A stretch of 64,000 bases of DNA. Origin: Raja brachyura (lineage: Eukaryota). Position 1 is the first letter of the stretch, and each line of letters starts with the position of its first letter. This document shows positions 63,556 to 64,000 of the stretch, piece after piece. The notes under the pieces are model-generated. The model was given only the letters and a program-made list of their open reading frames with translations, had not been told where the DNA came from and made no database searches. Both the position numbers and the translations under genes were made by a program. The stretch spans positions 42,284,001 to 42,348,000 of the forward strand of contig OY740805.1 of NCBI GenBank assembly GCA_963514005.1, given 5' to 3'.

Positions 63556-64000
63556 GAACCCTTGAACGTTTCCACATTTTGTCACGTTACAACCACAAAC
63601 GTAAATGTATTTTATTGGGATTTTATGATAGACCAACACAAAGTGGCGCATAATTGTGAAGTGGAAGGAAAATGATACATGGTTTCAATTATTTTTTTTA
63701 CAAATAAAAAACTGAAAAGTGTGGCATGCAAACGGATTCAGCCCCCTTTACTCTGATACCTATAAATCAAATCCAGTGCAACCAATTGCCTTCAGAAGTC
63801 ACCTAATTAGTAAATAGAGTCCACTTGTGTGTCCATTTGTATGTCTGAAGAAGGGTCTCGACCCGAAACGTCGCCTATCCCCTTCGCTCCTTAGATGCTG
63901 CTGCACCCGCTGAGTTTCTCCAGCCTTTTGTGTACCCTGTGTGTAATCTAATCTCAGTATAAATGCAGCTGTTCTGTGAAGGCCTCAGATGTTTGTTACA
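63556..64000 (+). mobile_element. Left end of a Tc1-like transposon, interrupted by a Penelope-type repeat (~63833-63935; hammerhead-like core 63845-63872)
   Basis: cccttgaacgtttccacattttgtcacgttacaaccacaaac...attcagcccc...ccaattgccttcagaagtcac...ctgttctgtgaaggcctcag recalls fish/amphibian Tc1 5' regions (recognition from memory). Confidence 0.7.

Overview
Vertebrate genomic DNA. The CR1, V-SINE/HE1-type and Penelope-type repeats and the B30.2 sequence suggest a cartilaginous fish, probably a skate or ray (inference). The window holds a butyrophilin (BTN/BTNL) cluster: two divergent BTN types arranged head-to-head, with the pair duplicated in inverted orientation. Left arm: gene A (minus strand; signal-IgV-IgC-TM-heptad exons at 10514..1511, continuing off the window start) and gene B (plus strand; pseudogene, 15569..~24822). 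Right arm: gene C (minus strand; a complete 7-exon, 468-aa signal-IgV-IgC-TM-2 mini-exon-B30.2 protein, 38133..29098) and gene D (plus strand; signal-IgV-IgC, 54633..61955, with foreign sequence just before the expected TM exon). A/D and B/C are paralog pairs. The rest is mostly mobile DNA: a DIRS1-like element, hAT-type elements, Rex1 and CR1 LINEs, a 13-kb nested L1/CR1 stack, a Tc1 end, and many short Penelope-type repeats with a hammerhead-ribozyme-like core. Two N gaps (27438-27696, 63203-63414) limit interpretation. All exon calls are manual; no database search was run.
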